A DNA stretch of 64,000 nt from an uncultured Candidatus Poseidoniales archaeon. Its GTDB lineage: Archaea > Thermoplasmatota > Poseidoniia > Poseidoniales > Thalassarchaeaceae. This document shows, piece by piece, positions 56,249 through 64,000 of this stretch. Below the pieces are notes generated by a model, which worked only from the letters and a program-made list of their open reading frames with translations, was not told where the DNA came from and did no database searches. The stretch spans positions 1,180-65,179 of the forward strand of contig CAZKVK010000001.1 of assembly GCA_964556195.1 (NCBI GenBank). The letters run 5' to 3'. The position numbers and the translations under genes are program-made. Position 1 is the stretch's first letter. Every line of letters begins with the position of its first letter.

Positions 56249-56947
56249 TCAATATGGTACAGACTTCAATCCAAGTCGATAGCCTAGGATATTGAATGAG
56301 CGATGGATTATTGGAGTCAAAATAATTATTGCAATTATCGACGTTGCTAGATTCGAATGCATCATTACTTGGTCTCTGAAAAATATAGCCGCAGAGAGGA
56401 AGATGAAAATAGCAAATGGAAGGGTGTCTAGCAAAGGCGCCTTCGAACTAACTTCACCTTCCCTTTTCAGTCCTTGTCGGCGTTTTACAAATGAACCCGC
56501 CATATCGCCCAACATACAGGCGAATCCTAAGGTGAATCCTAGAACGAATGCAGCACCCCATTCGTTACCAATCCAAAACCAATCAGTTGAATCAGTAATC
56601 AATAATGGGTCGATGAATGGGAGGTCTTCTGGAGCGGTATTTCCTTCCCAAATGTAGTGTGAAATAATAACCAATATTCCAGAAAATATCCCTCCTCCAA
56701 AGAGACCCTCCCAAGACTTCCCGTCACCTAGAATCCTATTACCATCAGAATGTACCTTGCCGCCATCAATCTTGTGATTTTCATAGCCGAATTTATCAGG
56801 CATCCACTTCCCAAAAAGCATTGCTCCAGTATTGGCAAGATACGCAGGACCATAGAGAATTAGGACCGTTATGACATTCAATGCAAAATCACCTATGGTA
56901 GCATCAGGGAATGCAAGCGCCGCCACACTGGACATTGGTTCGGCCAT
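56249..56947 (-). CDS. carS: CDP-archaeol synthase (DUF46/CarS family)
   Basis: Polytopic 232-aa membrane protein with GDMAGSFVKRRQGLKREG...APLLDTLPF, resembling the CarS/CdsA cytidylyltransferase signature (GD..GSF.KRR.G..RG...P.LDQLDF). Confidence 0.7.
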   Translation of the reverse strand: MAEPMSSVAALAFPDATIGDFALNVITVLILYGPAYLANTGAMLFGKWMPDKFGYENHKIDGGKVHSDGNRILGDGKSWEGLFGGGIFSGILVIISHYIWEGNTAPEDLPFIDPLLITDSTDWFWIGNEWGAAFVLGFTLGFACMLGDMAGSFVKRRQGLKREGEVSSKAPLLDTLPFAIFIFLSAAIFFRDQVMMHSNLATSIIAIIILTPIIHRSFNILGYRLGLKSVPY

Positions 56948-57020
56948 GCGCTCATGCGAGAAGAACTCTCGGTTTCTTACTCATGCCGCCGATTCCTTCA
57001 TTGAGGTCCTGTTGTTCGGA

Positions 57021-58721
57021 ATGATAATGAGAGAAATAAAGACTGTTCTGTTGGGTATTTTATTGCTAACTTCTCTAGTATCTGCGGCTTCTCTGACTGC
57101 CAATGCACAGTCATCAGAAATTGTGATTGATTCGGCTGTTGAATGGGTAGAAGATCGTTCATTAGATGGTGATCTGAGAATTGTTCCAGGAGGTTATTTG
57201 ATTATTGATGGAATAACTCTAGACATTGCAGATGATGTAACAATTATGGTAGAGGACGGTGGTACTCTGGATGTTACTGGAAATAGTCAAATGATTGCAG
57301 ATAACCCCCCAACCGGATTAGCGGGATACGGATATTGGGATGAAGAAAATCGCTCTGCTGTTTTGATTCCGGGTTCAGACTATGATGGACCATTTGAGGC
57401 GACATTTTACTCAGGTGAGATGTCTTCATTTTATGGTGGGCAAGCGATGATTGAAGGACAAGAACCAATCGACCTAAACGGTAGTGAATTTACTCTTTCT
57501 TTTGATGAAGATACCGATGATGTGTGGGTTGGATTAATTGGCTATGGCCACCAATCAGTCCACTTAGCAACAGTTACTATGACTCCCGATCTTGGATCTT
57601 CGATAACCTATGATGCTATTGATTTACAACACAGAAATATGATGGCTCTAAATACAGATCAGAGTACTTGCAATTTTGTTATAGACGGGTATGCTTTGTT
57701 TTACGAATCATCCCTATTAGGGTGTGAAATAATCGTCAACGGAGGGCTGCACATATACTCATCAAATATTGACCGTGTTGGGCCTATCATTTCAAACGAG
57801 AATTCTGAGTTGGTACTGGAAGGGTGGACCACATTTTCGATGAGTAAAGCAGACCACGATGTACGTGCTCATGCTAATACGATTTTAGATTGGGGGCAGT
57901 ATGTGACAGGAAGTGGAGGTCATACTGATCGATGGGAGAGGGTTCTTGACTCTCAAGAAATCCACTTTGATGCAGCAGGGATTTTGTTCAGAATACTCAA
58001 CTTTGGACAATACGAAATTACTTCCTCGACTTACTTCAGTGATGAAAATGGAGTAGGGATGATTGACTCCGGTGATTCTAGAACCGTCGAAATTGGCTGG
58101 GCTGATGGAAGTGTTTGGACTGAATCGGCGAGTATCGAAATCATCGAGTATCGGACTGGATGGAATATGGATGCATCAATGGATGATTACGGCGGTGGGA
58201 TTATTCCCTTGACGTGGGAACAAGTAATCGTTGTAGATGATAATACTCCTTTCATCGAATTTATCTCAGTTGATTTCCAAAATCCAACCGAGAGTGTTTC
58301 TAGGGGAAGTGGAGGCGTTGGTTTATTCGCTACAATTGCCAATCGTGGAACTGCACCGGCCATAGTTTACTTCACCTGTGATGTAACTGAAACTGGAAGC
58401 GCAGCACAGATGACAAGTTACCCTGGTGGATTAATTGAGGCTGGTGAGGAAGTCACTATTCAATTCTCATGGATGAATAGTGAAACTGAGTTGGCAAGCC
58501 TAACCTGTGAGATACTCACACCAACCCAATTGGTGGAGGATGATGCATTTGGTGGAGGTACTGCCACAACTGAACAAATTACATGGATTGACGCAGCAGA
58601 TGATGAAGGAGGTTCAATTCTACCTGTTGTGGTGGCTTTTGTAATCGCAGTTTTAGCTATGGCTGCATTCTTCTTCAAGATGACTAAATCCTCTAAAGAT
58701 GATGAAGAAGAACTGTACTAG
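57021..58721 (+). CDS. Surface protein (~566 aa) with signal peptide, C-terminal TM anchor and short acidic tail
   Basis: Start set at MIMREIKTVLLGILLLTSLVSAASLTANA, a signal peptide; the upstream ATG at 56871 would overlap carS. C-terminal helix ILPVVVAFVIAVLAMAAFFF + KMTKSSKDDEEELY. Confidence 0.65.
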   Translation: MIMREIKTVLLGILLLTSLVSAASLTANAQSSEIVIDSAVEWVEDRSLDGDLRIVPGGYLIIDGITLDIADDVTIMVEDGGTLDVTGNSQMIADNPPTGLAGYGYWDEENRSAVLIPGSDYDGPFEATFYSGEMSSFYGGQAMIEGQEPIDLNGSEFTLSFDEDTDDVWVGLIGYGHQSVHLATVTMTPDLGSSITYDAIDLQHRNMMALNTDQSTCNFVIDGYALFYESSLLGCEIIVNGGLHIYSSNIDRVGPIISNENSELVLEGWTTFSMSKADHDVRAHANTILDWGQYVTGSGGHTDRWERVLDSQEIHFDAAGILFRILNFGQYEITSSTYFSDENGVGMIDSGDSRTVEIGWADGSVWTESASIEIIEYRTGWNMDASMDDYGGGIIPLTWEQVIVVDDNTPFIEFISVDFQNPTESVSRGSGGVGLFATIANRGTAPAIVYFTCDVTETGSAAQMTSYPGGLIEAGEEVTIQFSWMNSETELASLTCEILTPTQLVEDDAFGGGTATTEQITWIDAADDEGGSILPVVVAFVIAVLAMAAFFFKMTKSSKDDEEELY

Positions 58722-59902
58722 CAGCTTGTGACCTGAGTCCAAGCCTCATCATCAGCACTTTCCTCACTTAATTCATAGTAGGTCGTCGACACATGCGCTG
58801 TCCTGTCCCCCCAAGGTGGACTTTGAGTCACTGTGACAGTGAACTCGTAGCAACCGTAATCGGATTCCTGCCAATCATCTCTAGGGATGTAATACATATT
58901 GATTGCAATGTCTTCAACTGACCCATCGAGTACCAATTCTGAACCAAAATCACCAACTGTTGAAGATCCAGAACCATATTCACCAGACATGGAGTCCCAT
59001 GTTGCCTCGCCATTAACAACAGATACAGAAGGATAGGAAATAGCAGTAGTGCCGTCTTTGGATAAAACTGCATCTAATTCAAAATCTGCATGAGAAAGAG
59101 GTGCCGGTGGATTTCCAACGGATGTTTCTAGACCAATCCAAGCCTTCAGACCAACTCCGACAACACAGTTGTCGTGGCCACCAGCACAATCATTGCCTTG
59201 CCCCATGGCTGGAATAGCTTGATTTTTTGTTGCTGTTATCGTTCTCTCAAGATGTGCTGAATTCAATATGAAAGAAGACGAAGAGTCTCCTGTGTCTACA
59301 GATACAACGTACCTAGATCCATCTGCTGCGTTGCCGGAATAAAACTCGGAAATTGGAAGAATCAATCTGCCATATTTTCCATTTCCATCGTTGAGATTAA
59401 TCGACAGAGGCATGACTGATTCCCATACTTTCTCGCCGGCATAAGTTATCGAAACATCAGCATCTCCTGAAGACCCTCCAAAGAGCCCTCCTGACTCCCT
59501 AATTGTTAGAGTGATAGATTGCGCATCTGATGATAAATCGCTATCTGTAATTGTAATTGAACTCGAAGACAGACTACTAGAGATGAATGGAGATGCTAGA
59601 AGAAGCAAAAGAGTTACAGAAATCACTTCGGTGTACTTTCTATTCAAACCATCCCACATAAGGAACCAGCCAGTTCCACCTAATAGAATTGGGATAATTA
59701 TTGCAAACGCGAAATCACTCTGTATTGATGGAAGAGAATATACCCACATCGAAATTACAGATACAATTGCAGTTCCGATTCCGATAAAGAGGGAATTAGG
59801 AATTAGACTCTTATTTTCTGATTCGGTGACCGCTACAGCGACTACCTCATCTGCTGGTTGTTGAACGTCTATAGCCTTCTGAAGCAATCCACCATCACTC
59901 AT
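58718..59902 (-). CDS. membrane protein (394 aa) with 2-3 N-terminal TM helices and a Ser-rich extracellular domain
   Basis: Hydrophobic helices LFIGIGTAIVSVISMWVY, AFAIIIPILLGGTGWFLMW, VISVTLLLLLASPFI. 4-nt convergent overlap with the upstream gene. Confidence 0.55.
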   Translation of the reverse strand: MSDGGLLQKAIDVQQPADEVVAVAVTESENKSLIPNSLFIGIGTAIVSVISMWVYSLPSIQSDFAFAIIIPILLGGTGWFLMWDGLNRKYTEVISVTLLLLLASPFISSSLSSSSITITDSDLSSDAQSITLTIRESGGLFGGSSGDADVSITYAGEKVWESVMPLSINLNDGNGKYGRLILPISEFYSGNAADGSRYVVSVDTGDSSSSFILNSAHLERTITATKNQAIPAMGQGNDCAGGHDNCVVGVGLKAWIGLETSVGNPPAPLSHADFELDAVLSKDGTTAISYPSVSVVNGEATWDSMSGEYGSGSSTVGDFGSELVLDGSVEDIAINMYYIPRDDWQESDYGCYEFTVTVTQSPPWGDRTAHVSTTYYELSEESADDEAWTQVTSC

Positions 59903-59990
59903 GCCACTAACCTCTCAGGTCAGCAAGGCGTCACCTGCGTCGGTTATCAACCCAATGCCACCGAAGGTGGCAAAGATATACTATAGAAGA

Positions 59991-60932
59991 TTAAAACAAA
60001 CGGGCGTCTAGTGGTTCTAACTCGTCTGATTCTTCATCATCGATTAGTCTTGGAGTTCGGCCAGCAAAGGCCGCGGCTGCTAGAGCGGTGATCATCATGG
60101 TTCCAATCAATTCAAAGCCTGGGAGGTAAACTCCTCTGATGTAAATGGTCATTGTTTGAATTTGGTAATTCGGGATGCCCTCAGTTCTTACGGAATATTC
60201 CGACGTAGCCTTGAATTGTAAAGAGAAATACGTATCCGTCCAACCTTGGTTCTTCGGAGTTCTCATCTGAACTCTAATCTTCTCAGGAGGTGCCATAGAT
60301 TCAATCTCTACACTTACCAACGGAATACTCAGTTGGAATCCATCATCGTTCAATTGATCATAATTTTCGATTTCAATATTGAATCGATCAAGAGCATTTC
60401 CATCATTGTATACGTCGAATACCAAGTTGTAATCAACCTTCGGACGCAATTGCAAGAAGGCTACTTCTGAGGCCACTCGGAGTCGGCTGAACTGCCTGAT
60501 GATAGCCATGACGTTTGCAGCTGACGGTTCGCTGGTAACCGGAACTCCATTTGCCATCGTAACCTCAGCGCTGATGGTTACCTGATGTTGCCCTTCTGGT
60601 GCCCGAAGTTCGGCTCGGACTAGAACCTGGAATGATACTTCCGAGCCTCCACCTATTGACATGGTGGCTGGACCGGAGAACGCGAGCACTCCGGCTTGAA
60701 TCTGAATTCGTACCTTTTCTTGGTGGATGGTTGGATTCTCGATTCTGCAGTTGATTATACTAGATCTGGTAGCACCCGGATAGACATCAATAGGTTGAGG
60801 CTGGTCACAGGTCAAGGTAATGTCTGGAACCGCTCCTTGGGCTTGAACAGGTGCTGCTGCAGCCCATGTGCTGAGGAAGTAGACCACCAGAATCATCAGG
60901 GCAGGACGAACCTTACTTGCAGTGCTCATCAT
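59991..60932 (-). CDS. surface protein (313 aa) with signal peptide and C-terminal TM anchor plus acidic tail
   Basis: Signal peptide ALMILVVYFLSTWAAAAPVQAQGA; C-terminal GTMMITALAAAAFAG followed by RTPRLIDDEESDELEPLDARLF. Confidence 0.6.
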   Translation of the reverse strand: MMSTASKVRPALMILVVYFLSTWAAAAPVQAQGAVPDITLTCDQPQPIDVYPGATRSSIINCRIENPTIHQEKVRIQIQAGVLAFSGPATMSIGGGSEVSFQVLVRAELRAPEGQHQVTISAEVTMANGVPVTSEPSAANVMAIIRQFSRLRVASEVAFLQLRPKVDYNLVFDVYNDGNALDRFNIEIENYDQLNDDGFQLSIPLVSVEIESMAPPEKIRVQMRTPKNQGWTDTYFSLQFKATSEYSVRTEGIPNYQIQTMTIYIRGVYLPGFELIGTMMITALAAAAFAGRTPRLIDDEESDELEPLDARLF

Positions 60933-60952
60933 CTTTCGCCCGACTCAGGCCG

Positions 60953-60958
60953 TATTTA
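60953..60958 (-). promoter_or_regulatory. candidate TATA box (TAAATA on minus strand) ~21-26 nt upstream of the 59991..60932 gene start
   Basis: Minus-strand CCTAAATACGGCCTGAGTCGGGCGAAAGATGATG. Confidence 0.3.
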
Positions 60959-61078
60959 GGGGTTAGCACCGTCGGCTTCGATGTATTGCATTTTCCTACC
61001 ACTAATCCTAGATGGAAATCAAATTAATTTACGACTTCTTATTAATCGAACAGAATAAACCAACTTCCTAGGAAAATT

Positions 61079-61155
61079 TGGTGGACCCGACCGGATTTGA
61101 ACCGATGGCCACTCGGTTATGAGCCGAGCGCTCTAACCAACTGAGCTACGGGTCC
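61079..61155 (-). tRNA. tRNA with CAT anticodon (elongator Met, or Ile2 if C34 is modified), genomically encoded 3' CCA
   Basis: Minus-strand GGACCCGTAGCTCAGTTGGTTAGAGCGCTCGGCTCATAACCGAGTGGCCATCGGTTCAAATCCGGTCGGGTCCACCA folds as a cloverleaf. 7-bp acceptor stem GGACCCG/CGGGTCC, D-arm GCTC/GAGC, anticodon stem CTCGG/CCGAG with loop CTCATAA, T-loop TTCAAAT. G1:C72 argues against an initiator. Confidence 0.85.
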
Positions 61156-61309
61156 TACTCCACCCTCGACAACAACTGCGAGATGAACCTTATTCTCCCG
61201 ATACAAGTGAATTTTAGTCCAGAAAGGTATCAATTAGAATGGATTTTAGTGCTAAATTCTCTGTTCCCGTACACTGAATATTCAAGCATTAGACACACAT
61301 CCGGAACTC

Positions 61310-62863
61310 ATGGCGAAGCTTTGGGTTATGTTCTTCACTTCTCTGTTGCTTGTATCAACAATGAACTTCTACGCGGTTATTCGTGAACCCGACATGATTG
61401 ACATAGACGACATTCATGAATACCCTAGGGAGACTGTAAAGGTCAAAGGAGTGCTGACCAGTTTCGTAGTTGACCCCTATGGTGAACAAGCTGATAGGAT
61501 AGATTTGCAAGTACGAGAAGTCGATGGCCACTCCGTAGTTGAAGTGCGGTGGTACGTGGACCGAGATAATGAGATCCCTCCGATTGGAACGATAATCACA
61601 GTCGAAGGAGAGGTTACTGAATGGAATGGTAGAATTTGGTTGTCTTCTAACGGCTACGGTGCAATAGAATGCGCTGACTCGGATTGCGATTCTGTAGAAT
61701 ACACTGCTATGCAATTAGTCGAAGTTGCAATGAATCCTCAATCCTTCGCTAATATGTCAGTAAGAGTAGATGGCTATCTGTCTGAATCCCTTGAGCCTGA
61801 TGTCACATATCATTCATTGAGCTTGATGGATAACCCATCTTACGGAAATGCCGACCATCTATTGTATATGCAAGTCGAAGGTCGAGTAATCAATTGGATA
61901 GAAGCTGGAAGTCATGTAGAAATTTCTGGTTGGCTCCAATATGACCAGCGGTCACTACGCTGGAGGTTACTTGTACAAGCAACCGCTATCGAAGTTCTAA
62001 ACGAAGGGTCGGTTGTTGACCTATCTTGGGAATTAGAACCATACACTTTGACATACGAAGTTGGCAAGAATGTGTCCATAGATGGAACCGCAACCCAATC
62101 TTCAGGTAGTTGGTGGTTAATTGGAGATTCACCTACTGATCGCCTCTGTTTATTGCCTTCACAAGAAGATGTAGATGCTGGAATAGAGGAAGTTCAACAA
62201 AAATGGACTGGACGCTTGGTATGGTCAACGGATGAAGCGACCATCTGTCTTAGGGGTGATGGTTACGCGGAGGACAATTCTGCTGGCGAGTTTGGAGACG
62301 ATGTTACTCCATTACTCAATGTTGCAGAAAATCCCTTCAACTATCTAAATCAAAATCATACTTTCGAAGGATGGATTACTGACCCAATATCTCCGGATTA
62401 CGACAAGGGCTATGTTGGAGATGGACCTGATTACTATTCTAGGCAGACTAAACTCAGAATACACTTAATCGGTGAACACGCTGAATATATTGAGGGCGGT
62501 CAATCAATACGCTTCAATGCTACAATAATTTGGTCGGAAAGTGAAGGACGAGTAATACTTGAGGCCCGTTCTTGGACTCTCGGTCAAGCTCCAGCCCCAA
62601 CTACACTAAACTGGGGAGATGGTTACAACTCTTGGAAATGGGATATTGGCAAACTTGTCGTAATCAACGGAGAGGTGATTATGGACGAGGATGGAAACCA
62701 ATGGATTCAGAGATCTGGATCCGACGAAAGGGTCTGTTTGCTTGGGGATGGTAGTGAGGCAAGCCAACAAGAGGGGAAAGGACCTCTTGATTGGACTGGT
62801 AGATTATCCACCGCCGAAGATTTTGTTGGAAACACAATGCAATTCTGTATAGACATCAGATGA
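61310..62863 (+). CDS. secreted hypothetical protein (517 aa) with N-terminal signal/anchor helix
   Basis: LWVMFFTSLLLVSTMNFYAV hydrophobic N-terminus. Internally repetitive beta-rich sequence with several V.V.G.L/W.G motifs. Confidence 0.6.
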   Translation: MAKLWVMFFTSLLLVSTMNFYAVIREPDMIDIDDIHEYPRETVKVKGVLTSFVVDPYGEQADRIDLQVREVDGHSVVEVRWYVDRDNEIPPIGTIITVEGEVTEWNGRIWLSSNGYGAIECADSDCDSVEYTAMQLVEVAMNPQSFANMSVRVDGYLSESLEPDVTYHSLSLMDNPSYGNADHLLYMQVEGRVINWIEAGSHVEISGWLQYDQRSLRWRLLVQATAIEVLNEGSVVDLSWELEPYTLTYEVGKNVSIDGTATQSSGSWWLIGDSPTDRLCLLPSQEDVDAGIEEVQQKWTGRLVWSTDEATICLRGDGYAEDNSAGEFGDDVTPLLNVAENPFNYLNQNHTFEGWITDPISPDYDKGYVGDGPDYYSRQTKLRIHLIGEHAEYIEGGQSIRFNATIIWSESEGRVILEARSWTLGQAPAPTTLNWGDGYNSWKWDIGKLVVINGEVIMDEDGNQWIQRSGSDERVCLLGDGSEASQQEGKGPLDWTGRLSTAEDFVGNTMQFCIDIR

Positions 62864-62872
62864 GGTGTTGAA

Positions 62873-64000
62873 ATGGATCCATGGTTAATCGATTTTGGTT
62901 GGTTAATCGGATCATTCGTTTTTGGGATTTTTCTCGGTTGTTTAACCGGATTGATTCCGGGTTTCCATGTCAATAACGTCGCTTTGATTGCCTTGTCCCT
63001 TTCCCCTGTAGCAGTAGGGATAGGAATTCCATTAGATGCTGTTGCTGGAATTATCGTTGCTTGTGGAACAGTACACACATTCCTGAACTACATTCCAAGT
63101 GCATTAGTGGGGGCTCCCGATGACAACATGGCGCTCGCATTGCTTCCCGGCCACAGGATGCTGATTTCGGGTCAAGCCGCCCAAGGTGTTGCATATTCCG
63201 CGCGCGGATCACAGATGGGTATGCTGATGTCCATACCTCTATTGATAGTCGCGCGCTTACTTTTCGGAGAAGATCCGGGATTGGGTTTGTACGAAGCCAG
63301 TCGTGAACAACTACCATGGCTTCTACTATTCATTTCCATGTTCCTAATCCTAACCGAAACCACTCGATTACCCTGGCCAGTATGGTCTCAAAAAATAACC
63401 CAGAAACTGAAATGGCCATTGAAGAAACCATTCGAATTGACCATACCCATGGGCAGACTGAGTATTCGAAGACGGTATGACGCAATCGATTTCCGCCTCG
63501 GAGAGAGTTCGAGAGTTGCTGGAATCCTTGTAGCAACTGCCTATTTCTTACTGACCGGATTTTATGGCTGGGCAGTATTCGAATTACCAGCTCGATCACC
63601 GGTTGGGATTCCTTCCGCCTCCTTACTGTTCCCAAGTTTGGCAGGATTATTCGGAATCGCAAACCTAATCGACATCTATGTCACAACCAGTGAAATTCCT
63701 CCACAGGAACAAAATTGGGAAATGCCCGACCCTAAACCGCTAGCTGTTCCAACATTCCTTTCAGCAGTGGTTTCGTCAGTAATGGCAATTCTTCCTGGTA
63801 TGACTGCTGCACAAGCAACGGTTGTGGTGATGAGCGCTCGAAACTTTTGGGGGAAATTGACCGACCCAAATTACATCCCAGCAGACTTTGAGCATGGAAC
63901 TCAACCTGGATTTGAACAAATGCCTCAAATGATGGTTTTTGAGGGTATGGAAGAACTCTCCGATGACGACCGTTTGTTATTCCAAGAGGCTATGTCCGAA
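62873..64000 (+). CDS. TctA-family (DUF112) polytopic membrane transporter subunit, 3'-truncated by window end
   Basis: GSFVFGIFLGCLTGLIPGFHVNNVALIALSL and second-half ILPGMTAAQATVVVMS match the duplicated G...G.LPG.G signature of TctA. The frame is open to the window end. Confidence 0.6.
   Translation, partial: MDPWLIDFGWLIGSFVFGIFLGCLTGLIPGFHVNNVALIALSLSPVAVGIGIPLDAVAGIIVACGTVHTFLNYIPSALVGAPDDNMALALLPGHRMLISGQAAQGVAYSARGSQMGMLMSIPLLIVARLLFGEDPGLGLYEASREQLPWLLLFISMFLILTETTRLPWPVWSQKITQKLKWPLKKPFELTIPMGRLSIRRRYDAIDFRLGESSRVAGILVATAYFLLTGFYGWAVFELPARSPVGIPSASLLFPSLAGLFGIANLIDIYVTTSEIPPQEQNWEMPDPKPLAVPTFLSAVVSSVMAILPGMTAAQATVVVMSARNFWGKLTDPNYIPADFEHGTQPGFEQMPQMMVFEGMEELSDDDRLLFQEAMSE

Noticed and set aside
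1-64000. CRISPR arrays, rRNA genes, transposases or integrases
   Set aside because: I scanned for regularly spaced direct repeats and for transposase or integrase-like ORFs, particularly around the tRNA at 61079..61155. None were found.

Overview
This 64 kb window looks like an archaeal (euryarchaeal) chromosome segment. That call is an inference from gene content: type-II GAPDH, RNase P protein Rpp21, archaeal-type ribosomal protein S15, an ArcS/ArcTGT-family enzyme with a PUA domain, CDP-archaeol synthase, an AglB/STT3 oligosaccharyltransferase, and archaeal-type PheT and GluRS. The gene complement resembles a marine planktonic Thermoplasmatota-like genome, but this cannot be confirmed without searches. 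Coding density is very high, with several 4-nt overlaps and divergent starts separated by less than 100 bp. I call about 38 protein genes and one tRNA with a CAT anticodon. I found no rRNA, CRISPR array, transposase or integrase.

The striking property is that more than half of the window encodes very large secreted or membrane-anchored surface proteins, of 3177, 1917, 1596, 1411, 939, 793, 667 and 616 aa. These include two S8 subtilases, a protein full of thrombospondin-type-3-like calcium-binding repeats, and a beta-helix protein. Nearly all share one architecture: an N-terminal signal peptide, a huge ectodomain, a single C-terminal transmembrane helix, and an acidic or basic cytoplasmic tail. 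None carries a PGF-CTERM or LPXTG-type signal.

The most unusual gene is a 3177-aa protein with three parts. The first is an extra N-terminal polytopic membrane module. The second is a complete AglB/STT3 N-oligosaccharyltransferase core, with the DPWY and WWDYG motifs read directly from the sequence. The third is a roughly 2200-aa C-terminal array of Ig-like, CarboxypepD_reg-like and CARDB-like domains, ending in its own transmembrane anchor. The same island also holds a STAND-class wHTH-NTPase-TPR regulator, a membrane-anchored subtilase, and carS.

Housekeeping genes are interleaved: adk, rnp4, gap, pheT, rnhB, gltX, rps15, arcS, dnaJ, trhO, purD and an MBL-fold hydrolase. Other oddities are a pyroglutamyl-peptidase-NUDIX fusion protein, a pheT gene with no canonical in-frame start codon, two membrane proteins ending in zinc ribbons, and two short palindromic elements in divergent promoter regions.
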